Shown: piece by piece, positions 55,542 to 64,000 of the stretch
Numbering within the stretch: position 1 is the stretch's first letter
Layout of the letters: each line of letters starts with the position of its first letter
Source of the DNA: Actinomycetes bacterium
GTDB lineage: Bacteria > Actinomycetota > Humimicrobiia > Humimicrobiales > Humimicrobiaceae
Length of the DNA stretch: 64,000 bases
Direction of reading: 5' to 3'
NCBI GenBank assembly: GCA_022396035.1
Contig: JAIOXO010000008.1
Location: forward strand, 1,830-65,829
Notes under the pieces: model-generated
The model's database searches: none
Seen by the model: the letters and a program-made list of their open reading frames with translations, nothing else
Told to the model about the DNA's origin: nothing
Position numbers and translations under genes: made by a program

Positions 55542-57218
55542 CTACATCTCACTGAAAACCCTCCCCCAATACTGGTCCTCATCCATATCAAGAAGCCCAA
55601 GTATCATCTTCTGAATAGAGGAGAGGCTGTCTTTAAACTCTTTTACAACTTTACCATTTTTTAAGATTTTATACGAAGATATGCCGTCAAAATTATAGAA
55701 TATCCTGGAGGTAGTAGGATAGAATGATTTACGGTATTCAGGATAGATGGGCAAGGACTTAATGCCTTTTTCCTTCATGGCCATCCTTACCTTTCTCTCA
55801 ATTATACCCTGGATTATCAGTGCTACAAAGAACAGAAACATTATCCCTTCAACCCTTTCAATGTTTTTAAACAGTACGGGAGCAGCCTCATGCACACTTT
55901 TAAACTGGTTAAACCTTTTTTCCAGCCGGGGCTGGTATTTGTAGTAGTTTAGCACCTCCCTGGGGCCAATTGAGGTATCAGTAGATAGCAGGGGAAATAT
56001 CCCGTCAACCCTCCTCTGGCGGGCCAGCCTTTCTTTATCCTGCTCCCAGTATAGGGAGTAGTGGGTTAATGTCTCTATCCTGTATTCTGCAGCCGGCCCA
56101 GGCCTGCCCCTGCCCACCTTTTTGCTTTTCTTTTTTATCTTCCTTATGATATCTACATTGATAAAATCCCTGCACCTGTACCTTTTTAGGATGCTTTCTA
56201 CTGCTTTTCTTATCTGCTCTTTTTCTTTAAGCTCTCTTTTGTTCAGTCTGGGAGAAAGGCGGGTAAGTTCTTTTTCTGCCTTTTTTATCCTTTCCTGTCT
56301 CAGGACCCGGTCAAGTTTTCTCTTCTGGCTGGACAGGTACCAGTAGATCCTGTAGCCGCCCTCTTTAGTCCTATAGTCTCCTAAAAGAAGGCTGTAATAC
56401 TCATAACTGCCGGCAATTTGTTTCCTTAGGATCTGCTTCTTTTCCACCTTTTCTGCCAGCAGTTTTTCTTTAAAGGCCTTTGCCTCATTCCATGTATCGG
56501 GCATGGTGGTAATCACCCTGCCTCCGCCTGAGACTATGGCCGATAGATTCTTTTGGGTGCATACCTTGCAGTCTGCCACATAGATAAAGTCAGCCCTTCC
56601 AATAATACTCCTCAGGCACCTCCAGGTCTCTATGTGGGTAGTGTCATCAGTACGGTTTCCGGGGTATGTCTTGTAGTGAACCGGTACCGCCCCGTCTGAG
56701 GAGACAGTCAGGCTAAATACCAGCTGGGCTAAGTCAGGCCTATGGTCCTTGCTTACCCCCCTGGCCATCTTCAGCCCTGTCTTTGTTGTCCCCGGTATCT
56801 TTCCATAAGCCTTTACCGTGGTGGAATCATTGTGGACCCTTCCCGTATCCAGACCCACTTTTTTTATCATCCCTACCACAATCTCGGTCATAAGGGTTGC
56901 CCGGTCTGCGCTATACAGCTTATCCAGGGCTCTTGCGAACCTGTCGTCATTGAAGGCTCCTACCGTATCCTTATCCATACCGTGGCAGCCGGGGTCTATG
57001 TCTTTGACCCACCCGCCAAGCTCATATAAGGGTTGTCTTCCCAGGGTTATGTTCCATACCAGGAGCATAAGTGCATCTTCTGCAGAAGCTTTTTCATTTC
57101 CGTAAGAAGGGATGTGCTTTCCAAAAAGAAACTTAAGCCCTAAGAGATCCGAGGCCTGCTTGACGAGAGGAATACCGGATATATTATATCTTTTTAACTT
57201 TTCGGCATCCCTTGACAT
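55542..57218 (-). CDS. IS1634-family DDE transposase (intact)
   Basis: 558 aa. FNDDRFARALDKL, HNDSTT, GVSKDHRPDL.Q, YPGNRTD, VADCK and YKYQPRLEKRF. Confidence 0.92.
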   Translation of the reverse strand: MSRDAEKLKRYNISGIPLVKQASDLLGLKFLFGKHIPSYGNEKASAEDALMLLVWNITLGRQPLYELGGWVKDIDPGCHGMDKDTVGAFNDDRFARALDKLYSADRATLMTEIVVGMIKKVGLDTGRVHNDSTTVKAYGKIPGTTKTGLKMARGVSKDHRPDLAQLVFSLTVSSDGAVPVHYKTYPGNRTDDTTHIETWRCLRSIIGRADFIYVADCKVCTQKNLSAIVSGGGRVITTMPDTWNEAKAFKEKLLAEKVEKKQILRKQIAGSYEYYSLLLGDYRTKEGGYRIYWYLSSQKRKLDRVLRQERIKKAEKELTRLSPRLNKRELKEKEQIRKAVESILKRYRCRDFINVDIIRKIKKKSKKVGRGRPGPAAEYRIETLTHYSLYWEQDKERLARQRRVDGIFPLLSTDTSIGPREVLNYYKYQPRLEKRFNQFKSVHEAAPVLFKNIERVEGIMFLFFVALIIQGIIERKVRMAMKEKGIKSLPIYPEYRKSFYPTTSRIFYNFDGISSYKILKNGKVVKEFKDSLSSIQKMILGLLDMDEDQYWGRVFSEM

Positions 57219-57256
57219 CTTAACCTATATTATATATTATTGCGTTAAGATGTCAA
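57212..57256. promoter_or_regulatory. 13-bp perfect inverted repeat forming two overlapping divergent sigma70 promoters
   Basis: TTGACATCTTAAC-19-GTTAAGATGTCAA. Plus strand reads TTGACA-17-TATTAT; minus strand reads TTGACA-16-TATAAT. Confidence 0.8.
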
Positions 57257-57624
57257 CCTTAGATGAGATCAAAAAATTAGAAGATAAAAGGTCCAGGGCT
57301 TTGGACAGGATTCTCTCCATAAAGCTTATGGTGCCCGGCTCATATAATGAGGTGTACTGCAGGTGCGGTAAGAAAAACTGCTGGTGCAGTAGCGGCAAGG
57401 GGCACCCCTTTAGGCGCATAACCTTTTCTGAGGACGGAAAGCCCAAAACTAAGTCCATCTGTAAGGAAAATGTAGGATGGATAAAAAAAGTTACCCACAA
57501 TTACCGTCAGTTCAGAAAAGGCCAAAGAAAGATCAGGGAATATGAGAAGCGCTTAGCAAAGCTTTTGGATAAGTATTTAAAGGAAATTATAGTAAAAACC
57601 AGGAAGAAAAAAGAGTATAATTAA
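57250..57624 (+). CDS. DUF6788-like IS accessory protein (Cys/His zinc-binding)
   Basis: PGSYNEVYCRCGKKNCWC...GHP with a basic helical tail. Lies inside the TIRs; ATG at 57250. Confidence 0.75.
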   Translation: MSTLDEIKKLEDKRSRALDRILSIKLMVPGSYNEVYCRCGKKNCWCSSGKGHPFRRITFSEDGKPKTKSICKENVGWIKKVTHNYRQFRKGQRKIREYEKRLAKLLDKYLKEIIVKTRKKKEYN

Positions 57625-58080
57625 TTCAAGATTTTTGTGTTTTTAACCTGCGGAATGAAAGATAAACTATAAATTTAACAGTTAATTAGCAAATCTACAT
57701 TCTGTTTAGAAAGATATAAAACACTTGTAAAACAATTTTAAATTCTGTGTATCATAAAATTAGAGAAGTTCATTTTTATTTATTTGGTTGTTTCCTTTTA
57801 GTTCTTTGAAAAAATTATTATTTGCTATCAAAAATTAGCTTTTATAATAGCTTTATATATTTATTTCCCTCCAGGGGAAATATAAATAAAAAATTTATTT
57901 ATAACCTAGGCTATTAGGAGGTGGGTTTTAAAAGGTGTAGATTATCAAGTTGCAGTTGTAAAAGGAGGTGATCCGGCAAATAAATTATAGAGTTGTAATT
58001 TATAAATACCAATATATAGATATTATTTAACTGATGTTAATGATTTATTATTGTAAAAAGTAAGAAAGAGGTAATGAGCT

Positions 58081-59667
58081 ATGAAGAGATTTCTAATTCT
58101 CTTACTTGTAGTTGCAATAGCAATTACATTCTCATTCGTAGGCTGTGCTGCTGAAGAGCCTGCTGCTGAAGAACCAGCAGAAGAAGCTCCAGCTGAAGAG
58201 CCCGCTGAAGAAGCTGCTGAAGAGCCTGCTGCTGAAGAACCAGCAGAAGAAGCTCCAGCTGAAGAAGCAGCTGAAGGTGAAGTTTTCAGTCTTGAGGATA
58301 TACCAGAGATTGAAAACAAGTCTACTTTAAACACTATTGTAGAAACTGGATCCATTTTTGACGAAACACTTCCATATATAGAGAAGTTCACCGAAAAAAC
58401 AGGGGTAGAGGTTAATATAGAAAGAATCGCTACTCCAGTAGTCTACTCTAAAGAAAACGTAGAGCTAGTTGCAGGTACAGGTGTATATGATGTAGTTTAT
58501 GTTGAAACTGCCTGGACCGATGAATGGGCTAAGTATATGGTACCTTTAGCAGACTTAGCTGCTGAATATGGTTCAGTAGAAGAGTTTGAGATGGATGCTG
58601 CTTATCATTCACCAGTAATAATGGAAACCTGTAAAACTGATGGGGCAATAATGACCCTTCCATTTTACAGCTATCACACTGGCATGTTCTTAAGGGATGA
58701 CATTTATGAGGATCCTACAGAGCAGGCTAACTTTTTGGAAGAGTATGGCTATGAGCTGGCTCCTCCTGTAAATAACGAGCAGCTTACTGACCAGGCTGAA
58801 TTCTTTACCAGATCAGCTGGTGAAGAACTGAAAGGCGTGCCATTAGAGAAAGATATGAATGGTATAACCATGCAGGCCAGTGCATATCAGGCGAATGATG
58901 AGTTCTCAACCTACCTCTGGGGTAATGGTGGAGACTATGTAGATGTAATAAAAGATGATTCTGGTGCTGTAACTGAGTATGTTATCACCAAAGAAAATAC
59001 TGACCTGATGGTTCAAACCATGGAAGAATATGTAGGCAGGGTACAGTATGCTTCACCCGGTGTTTTAACTGCTAACTTTGACTTTGTTATAGCTGCTGTT
59101 AGCCAGGGCGATACACCTATAGTTGGTATGATGTATGGTAACTGTTTCGCCTGGGCCGTAGATGAGCTAAACCAGAACGTAGTACCCAATGATCCTGATG
59201 CCAGATTAGGAATCTATCCTCCCATCGGTAAAGGTCCCTATACCGGGGCTTGGTCATTTGGTGTAGCTGCAGCATCTGATAATCAGGAAGCTGCTTACTG
59301 GCTGGTAAGATACCTTGCTTCTCTGGAAGCACAGACTGCAGTTATGAAAGAAGCAGGACAGTTGGCTACCAGGTCTGACGTATTAGATGACCCTATCTGG
59401 TATACAGAAGAAAACCAGTATCCGTTGGGAATGTTGGTTGATTACCTGAATGACATCTGGAACAACCAGGACTATATTGATACTATAGCTAATGCTTACT
59501 ACTTTAATTCAGAATCAGCTGGTAAAGTAACTGAAATGCACATGAACACTCTGTCCAAAGGATTCAGCGGCGAGCTGTCACCAGAGGCTTGTATTGAATC
59601 TGTAAACAGACAGATGCTTGATTTGGTTGAAAGACATGACTCTATACCAATTAGAGTTGAAGAATAG
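58081..59667 (+). CDS. Carbohydrate/polyol ABC transporter solute-binding lipoprotein with acidic AEEP-repeat linker
   Basis: Lipobox FVGC, AEEP repeats, then a class-1 SBP fold (FTEKTGVEV, YDVV, GAWSFGV). Confidence 0.88.
   Translation: MKRFLILLLVVAIAITFSFVGCAAEEPAAEEPAEEAPAEEPAEEAAEEPAAEEPAEEAPAEEAAEGEVFSLEDIPEIENKSTLNTIVETGSIFDETLPYIEKFTEKTGVEVNIERIATPVVYSKENVELVAGTGVYDVVYVETAWTDEWAKYMVPLADLAAEYGSVEEFEMDAAYHSPVIMETCKTDGAIMTLPFYSYHTGMFLRDDIYEDPTEQANFLEEYGYELAPPVNNEQLTDQAEFFTRSAGEELKGVPLEKDMNGITMQASAYQANDEFSTYLWGNGGDYVDVIKDDSGAVTEYVITKENTDLMVQTMEEYVGRVQYASPGVLTANFDFVIAAVSQGDTPIVGMMYGNCFAWAVDELNQNVVPNDPDARLGIYPPIGKGPYTGAWSFGVAAASDNQEAAYWLVRYLASLEAQTAVMKEAGQLATRSDVLDDPIWYTEENQYPLGMLVDYLNDIWNNQDYIDTIANAYYFNSESAGKVTEMHMNTLSKGFSGELSPEACIESVNRQMLDLVERHDSIPIRVEE
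58147..58265 (+). repeat. Two identical 53-bp direct repeats (58147-58199 and 58213-58265) encoding the AEEP linker
   Basis: Direct sequence comparison; period 66 bp. Confidence 0.9.
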
Positions 59668-59721
59668 TAATACAGGCTCTATGGAACAAAATTATACCTA
59701 GTGTGATTTAATCTTTAGAGT

Positions 59722-59759
59722 AAGGGGAGGGGATGAGATAAATCTTATTCCTTCCCCTT
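59722..59759 (+). terminator. 17-bp stem-loop after the SBP gene (partial terminator or 3' mRNA stabiliser)
   Basis: AAGGGGAGGGGATGAGA-TAAA-TCTTATTCCTTCCCCTT with G-U pairs. Confidence 0.75.
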
Positions 59760-59827
59760 TGCAAGTACTAATTTTAATATGAAAGAATGATGTTTAGGAT
59801 TAGGAAAAGAGGGAGGAAGTAGATAAT

Positions 59828-60760
59828 ATGTCGACTACAAAAAATGATGATGTTACCATTAATAATGTGGATTTAGGAAGGAAGCCCTCAGTCTGGGAAG
59901 TTCTTTCAAGTGAGAAATATTTTAAATGGATGTTAATTATACCGCTTCTGCTAGTACTTCTGGTATTCATGATATACCCGTTAATCTACAGTATTTTTAA
60001 TTCTTTTTTTGATGCTGATTTATCAGGCAGAGTCGCAGTTGGATTAAAGAACTACAAAGATATGTTAAGAGATACCGATTTCTGGATACCTCTGAGGAGA
60101 ACCGCAGTAGTGACAGTGGTTTGTATCGTAAGCGAAATTCTTATAGGACTGGGTATAGCAACTTTATGGAATAGAAACTTTAAAGGAGAAAATGTTATTC
60201 GTGGCCTTATACTCTTACCACTGCTGGTTGCACCTCTAATTTTGTCCATTGTTTGGAATTTCTTGCTTGAGTATGATATTGGTTTTATTAACCAGTTCCT
60301 GGCCGCAATAGGCATAGGAAGGGTAAAATGGTGGGCTCCCAGCGGAGCTTTATTTACAATCTGTGGTATTACTGTATGGCAATGGTTCCCGTTTTCAGCC
60401 TCAGTATTACTGGCTGGTTTGAAGAGTCTTCCCAAAGATACATTTGAAGCTGCCCAGGTTGATGGAGCAAAAGGCTGGCAGGTATTTCGAAAATTAACTC
60501 TGCCCATGTTAACTCCTTTGATTATGATCATAGTGTTATTGAGGACTATGTGGCTTATAAGGTTGTTTGATCCTCTATACGGTACAACTCGTGGAGCCGT
60601 AAACACAGAGCTATTAGACTGGATGGTATACAGGACTTCTTTTGTATATTTTGATGTCGGTTATGGTTCAACACTGGCAATAATGAGCTTATACTTAACT
60701 ATTATTATTGCCGCACTTATGTATAGACAATTGATTAAAGCGTTAGACGCGTCAAAATAA
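59828..60760 (+). CDS. Carbohydrate ABC permease
   Basis: VGLKNY, WQWFPF, the EAA loop EAAQVDGA and PML.P. Confidence 0.92.
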   Translation: MSTTKNDDVTINNVDLGRKPSVWEVLSSEKYFKWMLIIPLLLVLLVFMIYPLIYSIFNSFFDADLSGRVAVGLKNYKDMLRDTDFWIPLRRTAVVTVVCIVSEILIGLGIATLWNRNFKGENVIRGLILLPLLVAPLILSIVWNFLLEYDIGFINQFLAAIGIGRVKWWAPSGALFTICGITVWQWFPFSASVLLAGLKSLPKDTFEAAQVDGAKGWQVFRKLTLPMLTPLIMIIVLLRTMWLIRLFDPLYGTTRGAVNTELLDWMVYRTSFVYFDVGYGSTLAIMSLYLTIIIAALMYRQLIKALDASK

Positions 60761-60778
60761 TGATAAGGATGGTGTGTA

Positions 60779-61612
60779 ATGTATAATAAAGATTCAATAG
60801 GGAAAAGAATAGCTTTTTGGATAATTACGGCGATTATATTATTGGTAGTATTGGGTCCTCTACTATGGGTTTATTTAACTGCATTTAAGCCGGCCCAAGA
60901 TATTTTTACTGGCCAATTAAGCCAACAATTTATGTTTACTCCTACTTTGGAAAATTTTGATAGGCTATTCAATCAGTTTCCATTTTTTCAAAATTTACTA
61001 AATACACTTATTGTTAGTGTGGTCAGCACTATATTTGTAATGATTATTGCCGTACCTGCGGCGTACAGTTTTGCACGTTGGAATACTGGAGGCGGACATT
61101 TGCTGTTTGTTACCATTTCCACCAGGATGTTTCCAGCCGTAGTTGCAGCATTGCCATTTTTTATCGTATTCCGTAATTTAGGTTTATTAGATACCCGAAC
61201 AGCATTAGTTTTACTATATATGTACTTTAATGTTTCATTTGCCACTTTCTTGCTGTATGGATTCTTTAGAGATGTACCGGCAGAGCTGGAGCAGGCAGCC
61301 TTGATAGATGGCTATGGACGATTTAATATCTTTAGAAGGATAGTTATCCCGTTAATACTTCCAGGTATTGCTACCACTTCTGTTTTTTGTCTGATCTGGT
61401 CCTGGAACGAATTCTTATTCGCTTTCTTGTTTACAAGGAATGCAGCAAAGACAGTTACTGTTCTCATATCCTCTTTCTGGGGATCTATAGATATACAATA
61501 TGGAACTATGGCTGCTGGCGCAGCAATAAGCATACTGCCTACATTGATAGCAGCCTGGTTTATGCAGAGGTATATTGTTAGAGGCCTAACCTTTGGTGCA
61601 GTAAAAGGATAA
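60779..61612 (+). CDS. Carbohydrate ABC permease
   Basis: PTLENF, PAAYSFAR, ELEQAALIDG and WNEFLFA. Confidence 0.92.
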   Translation: MYNKDSIGKRIAFWIITAIILLVVLGPLLWVYLTAFKPAQDIFTGQLSQQFMFTPTLENFDRLFNQFPFFQNLLNTLIVSVVSTIFVMIIAVPAAYSFARWNTGGGHLLFVTISTRMFPAVVAALPFFIVFRNLGLLDTRTALVLLYMYFNVSFATFLLYGFFRDVPAELEQAALIDGYGRFNIFRRIVIPLILPGIATTSVFCLIWSWNEFLFAFLFTRNAAKTVTVLISSFWGSIDIQYGTMAAGAAISILPTLIAAWFMQRYIVRGLTFGAVKG

Positions 61613-61676
61613 AGTTAAAAATAAAAAATAAGACTAATAAAATAGTTATAGACGCTAGTTGGGGGGTTTGTAATAA

Positions 61677-61868
61677 ATGAAATTAAGAATGACGATGGGG
61701 AACTGGATATTCTGGTCAGTGCTGGTATGGATTGGTGTTATGTTTCTGTGGATGGGAATTTTTCCTGAAATATCAGCCTGGTTTGGGTTCATTATAGCTA
61801 CAATACTGGCAGCTATAGTATTTAAATTTGGTCCTCGACCTAAATATGAGGAAGATGAGGAGGAGTAA
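61677..61868 (+). CDS. Small 2-TM ABC accessory protein (DUF2160/GlpU-like)
   Basis: 63 aa, two Trp-rich helices, located between the permeases and the ATPases. Confidence 0.55.
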   Translation: MKLRMTMGNWIFWSVLVWIGVMFLWMGIFPEISAWFGFIIATILAAIVFKFGPRPKYEEDEEE

Positions 61869-61871
61869 AAA

Positions 61872-62999
61872 ATGGCAGAAGTAAAATTTGAAAATGTGAC
61901 CAAATATTATGGAAAGAAATTGGCTATAGAAAATTTGAGTTTTACATGTAAAGAGGGTGAATTTGTTTCCATTTTAGGCCCAACCGGTGCAGGTAAGAGC
62001 ACCATTCTAAAAATGGTTGCCGGAATCGAAACTATTACCTCAGGTACAATATATTTTAATGGCCACCCGGTAAATAAATTACCGCCTCATGCCAGAAATG
62101 TATCTATGGCTTTTGAGACCTATAATCTATACCCGCATTTCAAAGTATATGATAATATTGCCTTTCCTTTGAGGGCGCCAAAATGGAATTATAGGTTAAC
62201 CAAGGAACAGGAAAAGGAAAAGGTAGTAGAAATTGCTAAATTCCTGGGTATAGATGTTTTGCTGGATAGAAAGCCACAGGCGCTTAGTGGCGGACAAAAA
62301 CAGAGGGTTTCATTGGCCAGAGCTTTGGTCAGAAAGCCCGAGGTTTATCTCTTGGATGAACCTATAGCCCACCTTGATGCTAAGCTGAAGTTTTCAACCC
62401 AAACCCTGTTAAGGGAATTTGCGGTGGAGTACGGCAGTACCATTATTTATGTTACTCATGACTACAGAGAGGCTTTAGCTTTATCTGACAGGATGATAGT
62501 TCTAAGGCAGGGTAAGATAGAACAGATGGATACTCCAGAGGAGATCTATGAAAATCCATTGACAGATTTTGTAGGGATTTCAGTAGGTGAGCCTCCAATG
62601 AATCTGGTAGATGGAAATTTAGTAGATAGGGATGGAAAAACTTTCTTTAAAGCGGGAGAATCCTTTGATCTAGAACTGTCGGGAGATGCTGCGGTTGAAG
62701 CCAAAAAAACAGCTAAGACTGTAAGCCAGGAACTAGATATAAGAATAGGTATAAGAAGTGAATACATAAAGCTTAGCAAGGAAAAACAATCCGATAGAGC
62801 CTTCCAGTTACCGGTTTATGCAGTAACCCATGAAGCTGAAAGTACTTTGGTTTACTTTGAACTGGAAAACACTTTTCTCCACGCAAGAATTAGAGGCGGC
62901 AAGGAAAGTAAACAGTTTAGAATTGGAGATAAGGTATGGATTGAGCTTCCTATAGAGCATACTTTCTTTTATGTACCAACTGTAAAATTGACTAAGTAA
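61872..62999 (+). CDS. Carbohydrate ABC ATPase
   Basis: GPTGAGKST, LSGGQKQR, LLDEP and YVTHD. Confidence 0.92.
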   Translation: MAEVKFENVTKYYGKKLAIENLSFTCKEGEFVSILGPTGAGKSTILKMVAGIETITSGTIYFNGHPVNKLPPHARNVSMAFETYNLYPHFKVYDNIAFPLRAPKWNYRLTKEQEKEKVVEIAKFLGIDVLLDRKPQALSGGQKQRVSLARALVRKPEVYLLDEPIAHLDAKLKFSTQTLLREFAVEYGSTIIYVTHDYREALALSDRMIVLRQGKIEQMDTPEEIYENPLTDFVGISVGEPPMNLVDGNLVDRDGKTFFKAGESFDLELSGDAAVEAKKTAKTVSQELDIRIGIRSEYIKLSKEKQSDRAFQLPVYAVTHEAESTLVYFELENTFLHARIRGGKESKQFRIGDKVWIELPIEHTFFYVPTVKLTK

Positions 63000-63013
63000 T
63001 AGGTGAGGTGAAA

Positions 63014-64000
63014 ATGAGTAGGATAGATTGCAAAAATGTTTGGAAGATTTATCAAGGAGATGTAGTAGGAGTTAAGGACTTAAATTTTACCTGTAATGAT
63101 AAAGAATTCCTTGCAATACTGGGTCCCTCAGGAAGTGGTAAAAGCTCTACATTACGAATGCTGGCAGGACTGGAGGAAATCAGTAAAGGTGATGTACTGT
63201 TTGATGGAGAGAGGGTAAATGAAAAAGGTCCCGCTGATAGAAATATAGCACTGGCTTTTGAGTCTTATGCTCTTTATTATTCCATGAATGTTTATGAGAA
63301 TATAGCATTCCCGCTGAGGGCAAAGGGCATAAAAGGTAAGCAACTTGACGATATGGTTATGGAAATTACTGAAGCTCTCAACCTTAAAACCATCCTGAAA
63401 AAGAAACCTGGATCATTGGCAGGGGGTTATCAGCAGAGAGTTTCTCTGGCCAGAGCCCTGGTTAGAAAACCCAAGCTTACACTTTTAGATGAGCCCCTAT
63501 CACATATGGATCAGCGTATAAGAGGTGAAATAAGGGCCCAGATCAGCAGGATACATGAAGAGTTGAGCAATACCACCATTTACGTCACCCATGACCAGGC
63601 AGAAGCTATTGCCCTTTGTGACAGGATGCTGGTAATGCATGAGGCTAAAAAGCAGCAAATTGGTACTGTGGATGAAATTTACAATCAGCCAACCAATAAA
63701 TTTGTGGCTAACTTCATTGGCCAGCCCGGTATGAATTTCGTTAATTGTACTGTTGAATCTACCAACAAAGTATTTATAAAAACCGAAAAAGGCAAACAAG
63801 TATTTGCCATCAAGGATTCAATTGATGAAAAGTATGTAGGCAAACAGGTAGTTATGGGGGTTAGGCCTCAGCAGATAAAATTGGTTGATAAAGACGACAG
63901 GGAATCAGTAATAGGTGGAACTGTAAGGATAGTAGAGTTCCAGGGTGACAGTACAGTTATAACTGTAGAGATAAGCGATGAGGACAAATCACAAATACAG
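63014..64000 (+). CDS. Second carbohydrate ABC ATPase (3'-truncated by window edge)
   Basis: Hand-translated: MSRIDCKNVWK...GPSGSGKSS...LAGGYQQR...LLDEP...YVTHDQ. SD GAGGTG. Missing from the ORF track because there is no stop in the window. Confidence 0.9.
   Translation, partial: MSRIDCKNVWKIYQGDVVGVKDLNFTCNDKEFLAILGPSGSGKSSTLRMLAGLEEISKGDVLFDGERVNEKGPADRNIALAFESYALYYSMNVYENIAFPLRAKGIKGKQLDDMVMEITEALNLKTILKKKPGSLAGGYQQRVSLARALVRKPKLTLLDEPLSHMDQRIRGEIRAQISRIHEELSNTTIYVTHDQAEAIALCDRMLVMHEAKKQQIGTVDEIYNQPTNKFVANFIGQPGMNFVNCTVESTNKVFIKTEKGKQVFAIKDSIDEKYVGKQVVMGVRPQQIKLVDKDDRESVIGGTVRIVEFQGDSTVITVEISDEDKSQIQ

Larger units (their letters stand above)
55495..57661. mobile_element. IS1634-family insertion sequence (2167 bp) carrying a transposase and a DUF6788-like gene
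   Basis: 23-bp terminal inverted repeats with 1 mismatch (55495-55517 CTTTCTTTCCGCAGGTTAAAAAC; 57639-57661). Flanks TTAAAC and ATAAAC are an imperfect 6-bp target duplication. Confidence 0.9.

Noticed and set aside
57112-57249. N-terminal extension of the DUF6788-like ORF given in the track
   Set aside because: Overlaps the transposase start on the opposite strand; the promoter geometry supports the ATG at 57250.
57852-57890. Imperfect AT-rich inverted repeat around CCCTCCAGGG
   Set aside because: The arms are mostly A/T and need a bulge; insufficient evidence for a terminator or operator.
58023-58391. Minus-strand ORF with SSAAGSSA repeats
   Set aside because: Antisense translation of the AEEP-linker repeat in the SBP gene.
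1-64000. Remaining short overlapping or antisense ORFs in the six-frame track
   Set aside because: They lie within well-supported genes on other frames and show no motifs or ribosome-binding sites.

Overview
Bacterial chromosome segment with GC of roughly 40% (judged by eye, not computed). The FtsZ N-terminus (NYYAVIRVIGIGGGG) looks actinobacterial, FtsA is present, and there are corrinoid/folate methyltransferase parts. Together these suggest a deep-branching, low-GC anaerobic Actinomycetota lineage; this is inference. From start to end the window holds: methyl-transfer and redox accessory genes (1-12.6 kb); queH, hisDC, a methyl-THF methyltransferase and an orphan MalK-type ATPase (12.6-17.6 kb); an archaeal-type cyclic 2,3-diphosphoglycerate operon, coupled to a metallophosphoesterase and preceded by a geranylgeranyl-reductase-family gene (17.7-22 kb); xseAB and a complete mraZ-to-divIVA dcw cluster (23.9-47.5 kb). 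An AT-rich accessory islet follows (47.5-51.3 kb). It encodes a degenerate CpaE/ParA ATPase, a double-HTH protein, a pilin-like micro-protein, two identical unannotated 23-aa peptide genes, a membrane HD-GYP protein and a SpoIIM-like membrane protein, and is the best candidate for an undescribed peptide/c-di-GMP signalling system. The rest is a cupin-aldehyde dehydrogenase-xylulokinase operon divergent from a GlpSTPQUV-like ABC importer. Between them lies an intact two-gene IS1634-family element whose genes start from a symmetric pair of overlapping promoters. No rRNA, tRNA or CRISPR array was seen.
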